Shown: positions 47,225 through 62,712, counted from the whole stretch's first letter. The stretch is DNA of 63,862 nucleotides, filler included, from Lenisia limosa (GCA_001655205.1; 15 parts of 15 records of this genome joined end to end with filler, not necessarily neighbours in it); one strand, 5' to 3'. The notes: generated by a model not told the origin, from the letters alone. Numbers and translations are program-made.

Positions 47225-47832
47225 TTACCACAGCTCCCTCGCGCAATACAGCTTGATGCGATGGCTGGTTCATTTTCATAGGGTCGACAACTCGGATTCT
47301 CTCGACCACTTCAGCGCAGTGCGGAGCATTGGTCATAGGATGGGGGGACGCTGGTATGAGGAGGGGCATTTGGAGCAAAATTGCACTTGTTCTGGAGGGG
47401 GTAAATATATAAAACGCGTTAAATCCCAATATCAACTATGTTGGTTCAGCAACACACCAAGGTTGAAAAAAACAAAAAAAAAAGCTTGGNNNNNNNNNNN
47501 NNNNNNNNNNNNNNNNNNNNNNNNNNNNNNNNNNNNNNNNNNNNNNNNNNNNNNNNNNNNNNNNNNNNNNNNNNNNNNNNNNNNNNNNNNNNNNNNCAGC
47601 ATTCTATCACTCCAGCGTATAAAAATATCCAAAAGTAAGCAGCACCCAAACTTTTCCCCGATATGATATATTACCTATATTATCCGTTTACAAATTCTAA
47701 ATAATATCTCCCCTCTCCCAACACATCACCACTCCCTACGATAGAGCAGCCGAGACATGATAGTGGAGGGACTGTGTGGCAGCCGACTGGAGTACAAACC
47801 ACTTTCCACTACGCCACTGATAACCCATTTGT
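47225..47832 (-). CDS. Hypothetical protein fragment
   Basis: Exon-like blocks DKWVISGVVESGLYSSRLPHSPSTIMSRLLYRRE and VVERIRVVDPMKMNQPSHQAVLREGAV (donor gtaagc). Confidence 0.3.
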
Positions 47833-48389
47833 CTGAGAGGTTAAAAGGAAATTTTTTTAGTATACTACTAGACAGTATATCAATGAGAAATACAAAATTA
47901 GTATCTAGTACATAAATATTAAAAAAAAAAAAANNNNNNNNNNNNNNNNNNNNNNNNNNNNNNNNNNNNNNNNNNNNNNNNNNNNNNNNNNNNNNNNNNN
48001 NNNNNNNNNNNNNNNNNNNNNNNNNNNNNNNNNNNNNNNNNNNNNNNNNNNNNNNNNNNNNNNNNNNNNNNNNNNNNNNNNNNNNNNNNNNNNNNNNNNN
48101 NNNNNNNNNNNNNNNNNNNNNNNNNNNCAATCACGACACAGATAAATGCGAATAAAACGAAAAGGTCTCAGGAATTCATAATTACGCATCTTAACATGAC
48201 TACGTAGAACAAATAACTCCAATCACGACACAGATAAATGCGAATAAAACAAGAAAAATCCAAAAAATAACTTAATACTATCTCACCCCTTATAAATCCT
48301 CTTCAAACAGTATTTCGGAAACCATTACCGACCCCCCCTCACTCATCCTGAAAATATTCCCTTTCATTGCAAACACCTATCACTATTAT

Positions 48390-48508
48390 GCACGCAGAAA
48401 GCTATGTGCACAAATTTGTAAGGCAAATGATTGGGTAATAGATAATATAATATGGACGGCTTCGGCCAGATACAACCTTGTTTTTTATTAAATTTTTCTC
48501 ATTGCTAC
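48390..48508 (+). repeat. TIR-less dispersed repeat family B with GGC-TTCG-GCC hairpin and T-rich end (candidate non-autonomous Helitron/Helentron-like or SINE-like)
   Basis: gcacgcagaaag..gcaaatgattggg..tggacggcttcggccagatacaaccttgtttt..tctcattgcta. Copies or fragments lie at ~4325, 10595, 13505, 14568, 14650, 15028, 15222, 32690, 34470, 36050, 36160-36290, 48810, 55525, 55945, 58371-58480, 59430 and 59704. Confidence 0.75.
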
Positions 48509-48981
48509 ACTATTACTACTTATACTTTAAACATTATTTCGTTAACAAATCCTCGCAAATAACAAAATGGATATCGCCCTCCGCCTATTGAACTTGAGTT
48601 CAGCTATAGAAGGTGTACACTTAATGATATTTGTCTAGGCACTGATATTGCGCTTTATATATATTATAAATTGTGTCAGCATTTCAATCCCAGCCCCCCC
48701 CCCNNNNNNNNNNNNNNNNNNNNNNNNNNNNNNNNNNNNNNNNNNNNTTAATTAATTAANNNNNNNNNNNNNNNNNNNNNNNNNNNNNNNNNNNNNNNNN
48801 NNNTAAGCGTGATGGTGTGGACAGCTTCGGCCAGATAAAACCTTGTTTTGTATTTCTCATTGCTATAATATAGTACATATCATCTTTCTGAAGACCACCT
48901 TTTGGTTTGCCCTCAATTCATTCATGCTCATATCCAGGCATCATCCTTCATTTTCAAGCATAATCTATGCTCATTATCCAG

Positions 48982-50962
48982 GCATATCCGCCTGGCCAGT
49001 CAATGATTCGCTAGTAGAATGGCGGGCACGNNNNNNNNNNNNNNNNNNNNNNNNNNNNNNNNNNNNNNNNNNNNNNNNNNNNNNNNNNNNNNNNNNNNNN
49101 NNNNNNNNNNNNNNNNNNNNNNNNNNNNNNNNNNNNNNNNNNNNNNNNNNNNNNNNNNNNNNNNNNNNNNNNNNNNNNNNNNNNNNNNNNNNNNNNNNNN
49201 NNNNNNNNNNNNNNNNAGATACCCCTCCTAATGTCTGAAAAGGGGTGTCTAAATAGGGCTTCCCTACGGTCCATAAAAGACCGGTAAAGCATTGATAGTT
49301 ATCAAGTCTTTTTTGGGACCGTAGGGAAGCCCTAAGTATTAGAAATTGAATATAATTCAACATAGAGGGCCTCTCATACTCATGCTACTTCACCTTGGAT
49401 ACAATAATGTGTACTTTTGAGGATTTGTAATTCAAGTCTCTTTGAAGCATTTTGTTGAGTATAAGCGTTGAGGGTTGGAACCTTTTTCGACAAATGTTTT
49501 ACGACTTTTCTTCATAAATCCCCCAAAATCACTTCAATTATCCTCCTTTAAACCTTTTCTTGAGGCAAAGTCGTCGAACTTTTTCGGTTCCAACATTTCC
49601 AACCCCCTGCGGCGAAGAGCCAGCATAAGCCCCAATACCCCGCACCACAATACACTCCCCAGTGCTTTATTATTATCAGAGATTATCGGTCCTGATGAAA
49701 CACCCTACGAACAAGGGGTCTTCAATTTGAGCATCAAATGTACTTCGAGGTTTGTGGGAGGGAGGGGGTTCCCTTTGATTTCAACACCACCTTCACCACC
49801 TAATTTGGTCAAAAATGAGGTGTAGTTGTATAGATTGGCCTTTCTTATTTTACATCTAATACTTTGTATATTTTGTTTTATTTCCCACTTTTTCCCTGTT
49901 GCTTCAAACCAAAAAATAAAGAAAATCCCCATCTCATCTCTAAATATTCTCCTCTAGGTACCCCCTGGAGCCTCCAGCTATGAAGTTTATCACCAAGATT
50001 TACCACCCTAACATTGATCCTGGTTTGTGGGGAGGAAGGGGTTGAACATGGCTTAAAACAGAATGAATCAGAGTGTAAGGAGTTTCATTTGAGTGACATA
50101 TTTTGGAGTTTTTTTGCCAGTCAAAATTTGCTCATATCCACTCGTATGATTATCAATATAATCTCTATACCCTCGGGATGAAACGGTTTTTCTAGAAATA
50201 TTGACCCATATCCACTTATGATTTGACATGACACTTTCAAGTCAAATTAAAGCTAATAATATGTTATTTATTCCTGGTGGCATCTCTGCTTAACCATTTC
50301 TAGAATAATCATTTTTACAGATTTAATAAAACAGATTAAATATTACAAAATAATTATAGCAAATAGTTTTTTACCAAGTAGGTGCATCTGCCTTAATCAT
50401 TTTTAGAATAAAATACAAATTATAACAGAATAATCCAGAAACATCCTTATTTTGTATTTCTAATTGCTGTATATTTAACAGATTATTTCTAGGGGGCCGC
50501 ATCTGCTTTAACGGACTGAAAATGCCAACTCCCGAGNNNNNNNNNNNNNNNNNNNNNNNNNNNNNNNNNNNNNNNNNNNNNNNNNNNNNNGCCATGTCCA
50601 TTTGCACATTGTTGCTCTCCAGTTGGGGTAGTTTTTGTTGATGGTACCCCTATAAGCATAAAAGACAATTATTCCCATAACATAACCTTATACAATCGTC
50701 TTAACCCAACCATAGTTTGTGCAATCCTCCTCCCCATTATCACCATAGTTTCTGTTCGCACACACTCGCAAGCCAATCAATTCTACGATTTAGTAACACG
50801 AATACTCCCTGATGGCATTCTTTCACCGCCTCTAAAAGCTCTTTTTTTTGAACAAGGGAAACAAATAAATACAAGCTCATTATCCCTTCAAAAATGAAAT
50901 TATTTGGTCTCTTACCGACTTAGTTCGGAACCTCATTGCCAACCCAAATGGAGAAGACGGAC
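48982..50962 (+). CDS. UBE2T: Ubiquitin-conjugating enzyme E2, UBE2T-like, partial
   Basis: GISAWPVNDSLVEWRAQ|IIGPDETPYEQGVFNLSIKCTSR|YPLEPPAMKFITKIYHPNIDP|GGRICFNGLKMP..AMSICTLLLS|IRNLIANPNGEDG. It has the UBC fold with HPN motif and catalytic Cys; LKMP after the Cys resembles UBE2T (LKLPP). Confidence 0.75.
49256..49332. mobile_element. MITE family A2 copy (short, near-perfect TIRs, TA on both sides)
   Basis: ta|gggcttccctacggtccataaaagac...gtcttttttgggaccgtagggaagccc|ta. Confidence 0.88.
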
Positions 50963-52429
50963 NNNNNNNNNNNNNNNNNNNNNNNNNNNNNNNNNNNNNN
51001 NNNNNNTTAATTAATTAANNNNNNNNNNNNNNNNNNNNNNNNNNNNNNNNNNNNNNNNNNNNGGGGGGTTGCAGAGGTGGGGGTACTACGTACAATGAAA
51101 AAAAAATTACATGGGGGACACCCACACAATATCCCCTCTCCCACAGAACCACAAGAAAACTCTTCAAATCATATCCTCACCCCCTTTGTTTTAACTCTCC
51201 CCTTTTCTCTCCCTCTTTTTTTAAACAATCCCCCCCCCACCTCATCATTCTAGGAGATCTGATTGGGGTCATATTGAAGTGCTTCGGTATCTATAGAGNN
51301 NNNNNNNNNNNNNNNNNNNNNNNNNNNNNNNNNNNNNNNNNNNNNNNNNNNNNNNNNNNNNNNNNNNNNNNNNNNNNNNNNNNNNNNNNNNNNNNNNNNN
51401 NNNNNNNNNNNNNNNNNNNNNNNNNNNNNNNNNNNNNNNNNNNNNNNNNNNNNNNNNNNNNNNNNNNNNNNNNNNNNNNNNNNNNNNNNNNNNNNNNNNN
51501 NNNNNNNNNNNNNNNNNNNNNNNNNNNNNNNNNNNNNNNNNNNNNNNNNNNNNNAAGATTTTGGCCTGTTTTATGACTATAACCATTTTTAACTTGCTCA
51601 TACATCTCATATTATTACTCTTGTTCACAAAAACAAATCAAAAAAAGCAATAAGAAATCTCTTCCAATACCTCCCCACAAAGCCAGAATGACTGTATAGC
51701 GCTACAGGCGGTTNNNNNNNNNNNNNNNNNNNNNNNNNNNNNNNNNNNNNNNNNNNNNNNNNNNNNNNNNNNNNNNNNNNNNNNNNNNNNNNNNNNNNNN
51801 NNNNNNNNNNNNNNNNNNNNNNNNNNNNNNNNNNNNNNNNNNNNNNNNNNNNNNNNNNNNNNNNNNNNNNNNNNNNNNNNNNNNNNNNNNNNNNNNNNNN
51901 NNNNNNNNNNNNNNNNNNNNNNNNNNNNNNNNNNNNNNNNNNNNNNNNNNNNNNNNNNNNNNNNNNNNNNNNNNNNNAAATAAAAACAAGAGGGTAATAA
52001 AAATTAATAATCTTTTCAGTTCATTATTATCTTGGGTGGTAAAAATATGTGAGGGATGGGGGGTTCGCCATAATTCGTATCTCCCATATTGCTAGATGGA
52101 ACGGAGGAAATAGTGCCACATATCCATATCCCCCATATGTACAGTGAATAAGCTGGGCTTCACTTCGGTTTGAAAAATATCTGTAAATTATCGATAGTTT
52201 TCGAGGATTAGTCGAGAAATTCACAACTTTCGATAATTAACAGTCTTGTTCAACGAGGTGAAGCCCCAGGTAAAATACAATACAATCCCCCCACCGCATG
52301 GTCGTGACATAGCAGTGTGAAAAAAGAGGCGGAAGGACGTAGNNNNNNNNNNNNNNNNNNNNNNNNNNNNNNNNNNNNNNNNNNNNNNNNNNNNNNNNNN
52401 NNNNNNNNNNNNNNNNNNNNNNNNNNNNN

Positions 52430-54225
52430 CCCACTGCAAAACCGCTGACGTCATCTCTACATGCCCGCCATTACTCCAATTATTGTTCAATCTCGTGACG
52501 CGAAAGATGCGTTCGGCGATGGCCAGGGGCGCGAGGGGTGGCGTGCTTGTCAACGTCGAGTCGCCCAGTAGTGTTGGCAGGCCTGGGAAGGAAACCGGCT
52601 CTTGGAGGTCCTAGGATAATAATATATGTCTCCAATGAGAAAAGGTTGAATCTGGGCAGGGGGTAAAGTAGAAAATTTTTGAAGAAAATACATATAACTC
52701 AACCAAAGGGGCTTCACTTTGGTCTGAAAAAGTCCAGTAAAATACCGGTAGTTTCGAGGATTATCGAGAAATTCTGTCTTTTTTGAACCGAAATGAAGCT
52801 CAACCCACCAAAAGTGCTTGGATCACGGTCATATGCTCAGCGACACAGAGGACGCCGCCAATCCAGGGTAGAAGGTAGTGTACGGGATGTAGGAGGAGTA
52901 GAGCCTTTACGTAGGCCAGGGCGGTCTGAACGTGTTAGATGGAGAGGAGGTAAAATTGGGAAATTTATGAAACAAAAAAAAGCCCCAAAATCAACTCCGT
53001 TGGCTGACGGGGAAGTGTAAAAAAACACGTAAATATATAAACGAATGCGTGATTGTTCTACTTGTTGTTTGCATTACGTTTTATAATAATCCTTCTTATC
53101 CTAAGAAAAATGTGTTAAACAGNNNNNNNNNNNNNNNNNNNNNNNNNNNNNNNNNNNNNNNNNNNNNNNNNNNNNNNNNNNNNNNNNNNNNNNNNNNNNN
53201 NNNNNNNNNNNNNNNNNNNNNNNNNNNNNNNNNNNNNNNNNNNNNNNNNNNNNNNNNNNNNNNNNNNNNNNNNNNNNNNNNNNNNNNNNNNNNNNNNNNN
53301 NNNNNNNNNNNNNNTGAGAATTGAGAAGAACGGACAATGAGGCGAATGGGAAACGGTTGCGGCTATAGGACCATCCTATACCATGAGAACGTAGTATATG
53401 AAAGCAGAAAAATAACGATCGAAATTAGGGCTTCACTTCGGTTCGAAAAAAAGGCCTGAATTTCTCGATAAACCCTCGATAAATATCGATATTTTACCTG
53501 TCTTTTTCGAACCAAAATGAAGCCCTGCAATATATCGATAAATCATAGAGTAATTCAGTCTTTATCTGGATCGGAGTTAAGCCCCAGTAGAGATTGGTCT
53601 TAATTCCAAAACAGATAATGGATCATGAAAACACTATAAGTAAGTAGGGCTTCACTTCGGTTATGAATTTCTCGATAAATCTTGGAAACACTGTAGATAT
53701 TTTACCGGTCTTTTTCGAACGAAGTGAATCCCCCCCCCCTCTCACCATGAACACCCGGCTTAACAGTCAGTTTCTGAGCTATGGCATGCACTACGACGGG
53801 CATCATGTCAGGCCATCTGGTGACAAACTGCACAAGAGCCGAGCCGAGTATCGAATCCTTTAATGGGAAATTAGGAAGACGTTACAATGGGTGACAGGGG
53901 TTACTACAGCATCATATACTTTACGGAACAACATACACATACCTTATACTGACGAACATACCTTATACGAAACAACATATCATATACATACCTTATACGG
54001 AAGAACATATCAGATATATTCCTTATTCGGAAGTATATTTACAGACCTTATATGGAAGAACATACTTTACCGGAAGAACATACGCAACAATAACATATGC
54101 ATGATGGATATACTGTACATACCTTATAAGGAGAACATACCTTATACGGAAGAACTTCCTTGATCATGGTGACAAGGTCGTGTTCGAACTGGACCGGATC
54201 GGATATGAAGAGGGTGTTCCACTTG
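52430..54225 (-). CDS. Hypothetical helical-repeat-like protein fragment
   Basis: Exons GKWNTLFISDPVQFEHDLVTMIK, DSILGSALVQFVTRWPDMMPVVVHAIAQKL, TALAYVKALLLLHPVHYLLPWIGGVLCVAEHMTVIQALL|DLQEPVSFPGLPTLLGD... Confidence 0.45.
53428..53730. mobile_element. Cluster of three family A MITE copies
   Basis: Full copy 53428-53525, partial copy ~53530-53585, and a copy ~53647-53730. Confidence 0.8.
53915..54155. repeat. Degenerate ~20-bp minisatellite (about 11 units), intronic
   Basis: catacctta(t)acggaagaa-like units. Confidence 0.8.
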
Positions 54226-54526
54226 CCTAATATGGTTTTGAGGCCCTCGTCGTAATTGGCGTTTTTGAAACCGGCATCAATTTGGGCAACCTTGTAATTA
54301 TTAAATTGCTAAACCAAAAAAAAAAAAAAAAAAAAANNNNNNNNNNNNNNNNNNNNNNNNNNNNNNNNNNNNNNNNNNNNNNNNNNNNNNNNNNNNNNNN
54401 NNNNNNNNNNNNNNNNNNNNNNNNNNNNNNNNNNNNNNNNNNNNNNNNCACTTTTTAAAAAATTTTGTGAATTAATATCCTTAAAACACTAATTTCATGG
54501 AGAGCTAAAACTATGAGACCTAGGAG

Positions 54527-54621
54527 TGGTTCCCTACGGTCCCAAAAAAGACCGAAACCCCCGATAAATCCTCGATAAATACCGATATTTTGACGGTCTT
54601 TTTCGGACGGTCGGGAAGCCC
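54527..54621. mobile_element. MITE family A2 copy
   Basis: ttccctacggtcccaaaaaagaccg...cggtctttttcggacggtcgggaagccc|ta. Confidence 0.8.
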
Positions 54622-55023
54622 TAATGAGACCACACGACATACCGGGATGAGTTTGTGAGTTGAGGCTGAAAGGTTCCGCTGACTGAGAGGCTAAAATGGG
54701 TCAAGGACTTGTAGAGGCTATATGCTGTTCCTGAGAATTTTCAAAACAGTGACATATAATATACACTAGTCTGAAATAAATGAAAAGGAAGAAAGCAACC
54801 CTGACCCCCACCCCCCACGGTCATGGTTTCTTTGCTGACGTCTTTGGTTCTTCCGCCCACTTTTGCCGATCTGAAATGTGATACTTTTAAGAATTATGAT
54901 TAGGACTTCTGGAGAGGGCATTCNNNNNNNNNNNNNNNNNNNNNNNNNNNNNNNNNNNNNNNNNNNNTTAATTAATTAANNNNNNNNNNNNNNNNNNNNN
55001 NNNNNNNNNNNNNNNNNNNNNNN

Positions 55024-57129
<2,106 letters not shown>

Positions 57130-58321
57130 GTGGGGGGGGGGGGNNNNNNNNNNNNNNNNNNNNNNNNNNNNNNNNNNNNNNNNNNNNTTAATTAATTAAN
57201 NNNNNNNNNNNNNNNNNNNNNNNNNNNNNNNNNNNNNNNNNNNTGCATACTATTGTAACATAAAATACAATATCACAACCAGAGTGTATCAACAAATCCG
57301 GGGGCTTCGATTCAATTCGGAAAAAAAGACTGAGTTTCTCGCTAAATTGTTGAAAACTATCGATATTTTACTGGTATTTTATCGAACCGAAGTGAAGCCC
57401 TAATCATATCCCTACCTCCAGAATAGTGGTCAGTGCTGGAGTACCATTCGCTGATTTCCTAAATAGTCATATAAGCTTTCACAAGAGACAAAGAAATTGG
57501 TTTTAAAAAAGATGGCTGAGCTGAATTCGGGTTTTTATATGATAAATGCTGATTTCAGGTTAAAAGACCCAGCCCCCCCTTTTGTGTCTTTACTGCATAA
57601 ATAGCGATATTTATCGAGGATTTATCGAGGATTTATTGAGAAATTCGGTCTTTTTTTGGGACCGTGGGGAACCCCTACTGGTATCCCTCCTTTGTATCTA
57701 CGTTTNNNNNNNNNNNNNNNNNNNNNNNNNNNNNNNNNNNNNNNNNNNNNNNNNNNNNNNNNNNNNNNNNNNNNNNNNNNNNNNNNNNNNNNNNNNNNNN
57801 NNNNNNNNNNNNNNNNNNNNNNNNNNNNNNNNNTGCTCCGAGGACATGACGATGGTGGTCGCCTACTTCCCCACTGACGAGTGAGGTAACTCAATAGAAG
57901 ACAATTCTTATTACCATTAACATCATAATCAATAAACAGTTTCAATAAATCAATAAACAGTACCTTTATGCCATCACACTCAATTGTCATTATCAAGAAT
58001 CATCATCATGAACATCATCATTCAAGAAACATTCATCATGCTATTGACCCCCCCCCCCNNNNNNNNNNNNNNNNNNNNNNNNNNNNNNNNNNNNNNNNNN
58101 NNNNNNNNNNNNNNNNNNNNNNNNNNNNNNNNNNNNNNNNNNNNNNNNNNNNNNNNNNNNNNNNNNNNNNNNNNNNNNNNNNNNNNNNNNNNNNNNNNNN
58201 NNNNNNNNNNNNNNNNNNNNNNNNNNNNNNNNNNNNNNNNNNNNNNNNNNNNNNNNNNNNNNNNNNNNNNNNNNNNNNNNNNNNNNNNNNNNNNNNNNNN
58301 NNNNNNNNNNNNNNNNNNNNN

Positions 58322-59587
58322 TCAGCTGCTTGCTCCTGAGGGGTCAGATTTGCAAAAAAGTTATTCTAATAGGCACGCAGAAAGTTGTGTGAACAGAGTT
58401 ACAAGGCAAATGATTGGGCGAATTAATATTACACTCTCTTATATGCGTGATAATGTGGACGGCTTGGGCCAGATAACTTGCTTCTTAATGCTTAAGTAAA
58501 CTGTATCATATGTGCATGATAAGTTATTGAGAGACAAACTCACGAGAACTATTAACTATCCCCACCACCACCCGCATATATTACACAGTACATTGTTTTG
58601 CCGGTCTTTTTCGAACCAAAAGTCACACGCTAATGTTACACCCCACTTGGAAGCCGATTTCATCATCTTTTGGGTTAACCAGAAGGAGGGTTTTGAGATG
58701 TTCCGCAACTACAGGGAAGACTTGCTGGGGGGGGGGGGGGGGNNNNNNNNNNNNNNNNNNNNNNNNNNNNNNNNNNNNNNNNNNNNNNNNNNNNNNNNNN
58801 NNNNNNNNNNNNNNNNNNNNNNNNNNNNNNNNNNNNNNNNNNNNNNNNNNNNNNNNNNNNNNNNNNNNNNNNNNNNNNNNNNNNTTCAAATTTTGTCAAT
58901 TAATTTCTTCAAAAAATGAATTGCACGGAACCCTAGTTTGACCCCTCACCTGATGAAGCGCCGGGTGGTTGGTGATTTCCAGGACTAAATCGCCAACTTT
59001 ACTGCAGGCAGCGTAAATGGGAAATTTAAGAAACAAAAAACGTAAAGCATAACAAAAGCCTATACAATCCATACATCATTGCATATGGACTTGTACCCCA
59101 CACAATGGTCTTATTGATTTTATTATAATACATTTCCAAGTGAACTAGACTGCAGTCACCTATTTAGATTTTTATGCCATGACGGATTCACTTTGGTGCA
59201 AAAAAGCCCCATCACCATAATTCTCGAAAACTATCCATACTTTATCGGTCTTTTTGGATAAAGGGAAGCTAGGAGTCATACATATCATATTCACATTGAC
59301 CTCTGATACGGACACTGAGAGTTATCTTTAGTAAATCGTGCCAGGACTTATCACTGTCAATGTAGGTGTGGGTGAACTTTTACACTATTTGTATTGCATA
59401 CTATAGCTGCACACGATGAAAAATAAAAACAAGGTTGCATCTGACCGAAGCCATATTATCACACACAAATTTGTTAATTATCATAACACCCCTCCCCCAT
59501 CCCTCGCACCTGAGGACAAAGGGGTCCGCGGCACCTTCCATGGTGGGAAGCGCTTTCCACATTCCAATCACCTTTGGGACAAATGCT
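58322..59587 (-). CDS. HEAT/ARM-repeat protein fragment, possibly importin-9-like
   Basis: Phase-consistent exons AFVPKVIGMWKALPTMEGAADPFVLS|KVGDLVLEITNHPALHQ|QVFPVVAEHLKTLLLVNPKDDEIGFQ|EQAAE. The resemblance to importin-9 (DPxV..D...E...) is from memory only. Confidence 0.4.
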
Positions 59588-59994
59588 GCAGGGGGGGGGG
59601 GGNNNNNNNNNNNNNNNNNNNNNNNNNNNNNNNNNNNNNNNNNNNNTTAATTAATTAANNNNNNNNNNNNNNNNNNNNNNNNNNNNNNNNNNNNNNNNNN
59701 NNACCTGGCCGAAGCCGTCCACAACATCATGCCTATAAGTGATATTTAAAAATGGTATACTATTAATTCACCCAATCATTTGCCTTACATCTCTACATAT
59801 TAATAGAATTACTCAAAAAAGAGGGAGAAAACTACGAAACAAACAAAGCCCAGGAAAGTAGCACAGCACCCAATCATTCCAGCATGGAAGGGGATACATA
59901 AGGAAATGAAATCTTGCAAATTAATAAGGGTGAAAAATACAATTTTTGATAACGGAAGAGTGAGTTCACCAACCTAACACTGCTCAAGCCTTGA

Positions 59995-60885
59995 CACTGC
60001 TAGTCTTCGGATAGAACGGCGACAGAGGCTCTGTTCACCCCGTAAAGGGTCCAGATTGGGCTCTTATCAAGGTCTTTTCTTTTTAGAATGAAACAGATTA
60101 AACGCTTTGGTAATACTGCTTGGAAGAAAGCGGGATCTCAAGCAAGTTGTCAGTTCTCTAGAACAAAGTTTCCGACCGTATATGCTTCCTAACTTTGTTT
60201 TCTGAAGATATATATCGTGTTAAGCGTGGAGAAGAGGAGAGAGAGGAAGAGGGGTAAAAAAGAGCGCCATTTTTTCAGAGGCAATAGCCGGCGCCGCACC
60301 TTTTTTAGGGTTTTCGTTTCTTTTTGCTTGACTCTTCTCTAGTATTTAATGGCCTAAATTGTGCAAATAGCAAAGACACGTTTAGTAGCACGGATTTTCT
60401 GCAAAACTTCTTCTTGCGTTTCCAATCCTATATCCACGCGATCTACCTTGGGGCTCTGTGCACACAGAGGAGAACCCTCTTCTTCCCCCCTGAAACACCG
60501 TTAAACGCTTTGTGGAGGCTATCATCGAGGGACAATGGCGGAGAAAGCGTCGCTCCTTCCCCCGTTAGCTGAAGCGGCTGCCACGATCACCCCCTCAACC
60601 AATGACGAGAGGGGCAGTTGCTTGCCTCGTAGTACGCCGTCTACTGCCGGCGAAGTGTATAAATGGTTTCAAGAGGTCCATATTGAAACTTTGGTTGGTG
60701 GGTCGTTATAATACAACACTTTGGTAGAAGTTTATATGTTTGTTTTGTTGTCAAAGGCTGTAATTGAATGAGATTGTAGACTCAAACCAAACCCCATTAC
60801 CACGAATAGCACATATCCTCATTTATTACGAGCCCACTCACCGTCTTGAGCGGCTTCTTTGAGAAAGTGGGAGCCCTCGTTTCCA
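59995..60885 (-). CDS. Hypothetical protein, 3' fragment
   Basis: Phase-consistent exons DGNEGSHFLKEAAQD|DGVLRGKQLPLSSL|LTGKERRFLRHCPSMIASTKRLT|RTDNLLEIPLSSKQ|KDLDKSPIWTLYGVNRASVAVLSED*. Confidence 0.45.
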
Positions 60886-61238
60886 TCACTAAAAAGCAGA
60901 AAGACAAAAAATCTGTTGTTTTTGCTACAGCTGTTGTAGCCAATAAGTTGGAAATTCTGGCTCATCTATAAATGGGGTGGTGTGTGTTTTTTTAGCTTCT
61001 GTTGTTGGAAAAAATAAAAGGTGAANNNNNNNNNNNNNNNNNNNNNNNNNNNNNNNNNNNNNNNNNNNNTTAATTAATTAANNNNNNNNNNNNNNNNNNN
61101 NNNNNNNNNNNNNNNNNNNNNNNNNATATAATGTATGTGGGGAGGGGGGCATGAATAAATTTCTCGGCAATCGTCGACAAATATCGATATTTTACCAATC
61201 TTTTCCGACCGTACATACGACAGTTGTTGACAGTTTAG

Positions 61239-61586
61239 GGTGAGTACTATGACATCTCCAACATGAGCTACCCCTTTGTCGGCGCCCACTTTGCCCCTTG
61301 CCCCCTCCCTGGTGAGACTTCATATCATAACAATAGTTCAAAAATGATTTATTTTTTTGAAGCACAAACTCTTTTGTGAAATTTTTTTTTTTTTTTTTTT
61401 CACCAATACCGACNNNNNNNNNNNNNNNNNNNNNNNNNNNNNNNNNNNNNNNNNNNNNNNNNNNNNNNNNNNNNNATAATATATTAGTTTTAGCCCTTTT
61501 TATCCTTGAATTGGCTGTTTCGTTGACTTGTGCAGGTCAGCATTTGACTCGTGAACAACTGATGGACGGTGTTCAGAAGCTCTAAT
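61239..61586 (+). CDS. Hypothetical gene, 3' fragment
   Basis: Exon GEYYDISNMSYPFVGAHFAPCPSL (ttag...gtgaga) and probable terminal exon GQHLTREQLMDGVQKL*. An intervening N gap may hide an exon. Confidence 0.35.
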
Positions 61587-61859
61587 CTGCCTTACAAATA
61601 CAATTTTATCTCCACCTTCATTACCATACAATGCAGTTTCCTTGTAAAATTAATTTATCTCCACCTTCCACCACCTCATAAAATGCTAAATTGCCTTGTA
61701 AACTTATCTCCACCTTCATTAATCACCCTTGCGAGGAACATTTTCATTAAGTACCTCCAATACTGTTACTTGACTCCCTTCTGTGTTTTTACGGTTGTCT
61801 TTCAACATATTTTTCGAACTGACGCACATGTACATAGATAGACCGGGTTAGAGTTTATG

Positions 61860-62480
61860 GTGTATCACAATAGGTCTGTATTTCAGGAGTGTAGATAAGG
61901 CGCTGTGAAAAATACCGGTAATGTAAGATCCCTATAATCAATTATTGCTGCAAATGGGCTCCACAATTATATTTATTAATTAATGCGAAACAAAAATGCC
62001 ATAATATAAGGACAGCTCATACCCATTTTGCTGCGTCCACTTTCAACAGCGTGGTGGTCGAAGACTCGCCAACAAAAATAGAGTGTTCTGGGGGTAAACA
62101 TTCAAAATGGTCAAACTTTTTTTTTTGTCATTGGGTTGAGCCAAAAAGAGCCGTCAGAGACTTAGTCCGTTCCTCTGAGTTTCTGAGGGGATGAGGGTCA
62201 ATTTTTACATTCATTTTTTGTTTTGTTTTTGTTCGCCATATTTCTGATACGATTGATAGTGTCTATAGACTTTGCGGTCGGTCAATATATTCTATATCGA
62301 TATACTATTATATATGTACACTGTCTAAGCACATTCCAGACTTGAACCATCAAGGTGTAAAAACCCAAAAAATGATACAAGAAGAATACTATACATTACA
62401 CTGCAAATAAATCAGGACGACGTTGGGATGGAGACGATGGCCTCAAGTCGAGACGATTCTGACGCCTGGAACGCCGCTTC
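61860..62480 (-). CDS. Hypothetical gene, 3' fragment (convergent with the previous one)
   Basis: Exon-like blocks EHSIFVGESSTTTLLKVDAAKW|RLIYTPEIQTYCDTP* and an exon starting at the 62480 acceptor. Confidence 0.3.
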
Positions 62481-62712
62481 CTGGCGGAGTAAAATTGGAA
62501 AATTGATGAAACAAAACCCAATATCAACTAAACATGGATATGATATACAATTGAAATAAAAAAAACATGGATATGATATACAATTGAAANNNNNNNNNNN
62601 NNNNNNNNNNNNNNNNNNNNNNNNNNNNNNNNNTTAATTAATTAANNNNNNNNNNNNNNNNNNNNNNNNNNNNNNNNNNNNNNNNNNNNTATATCTCTCT
62701 TATTGTCTTTAG

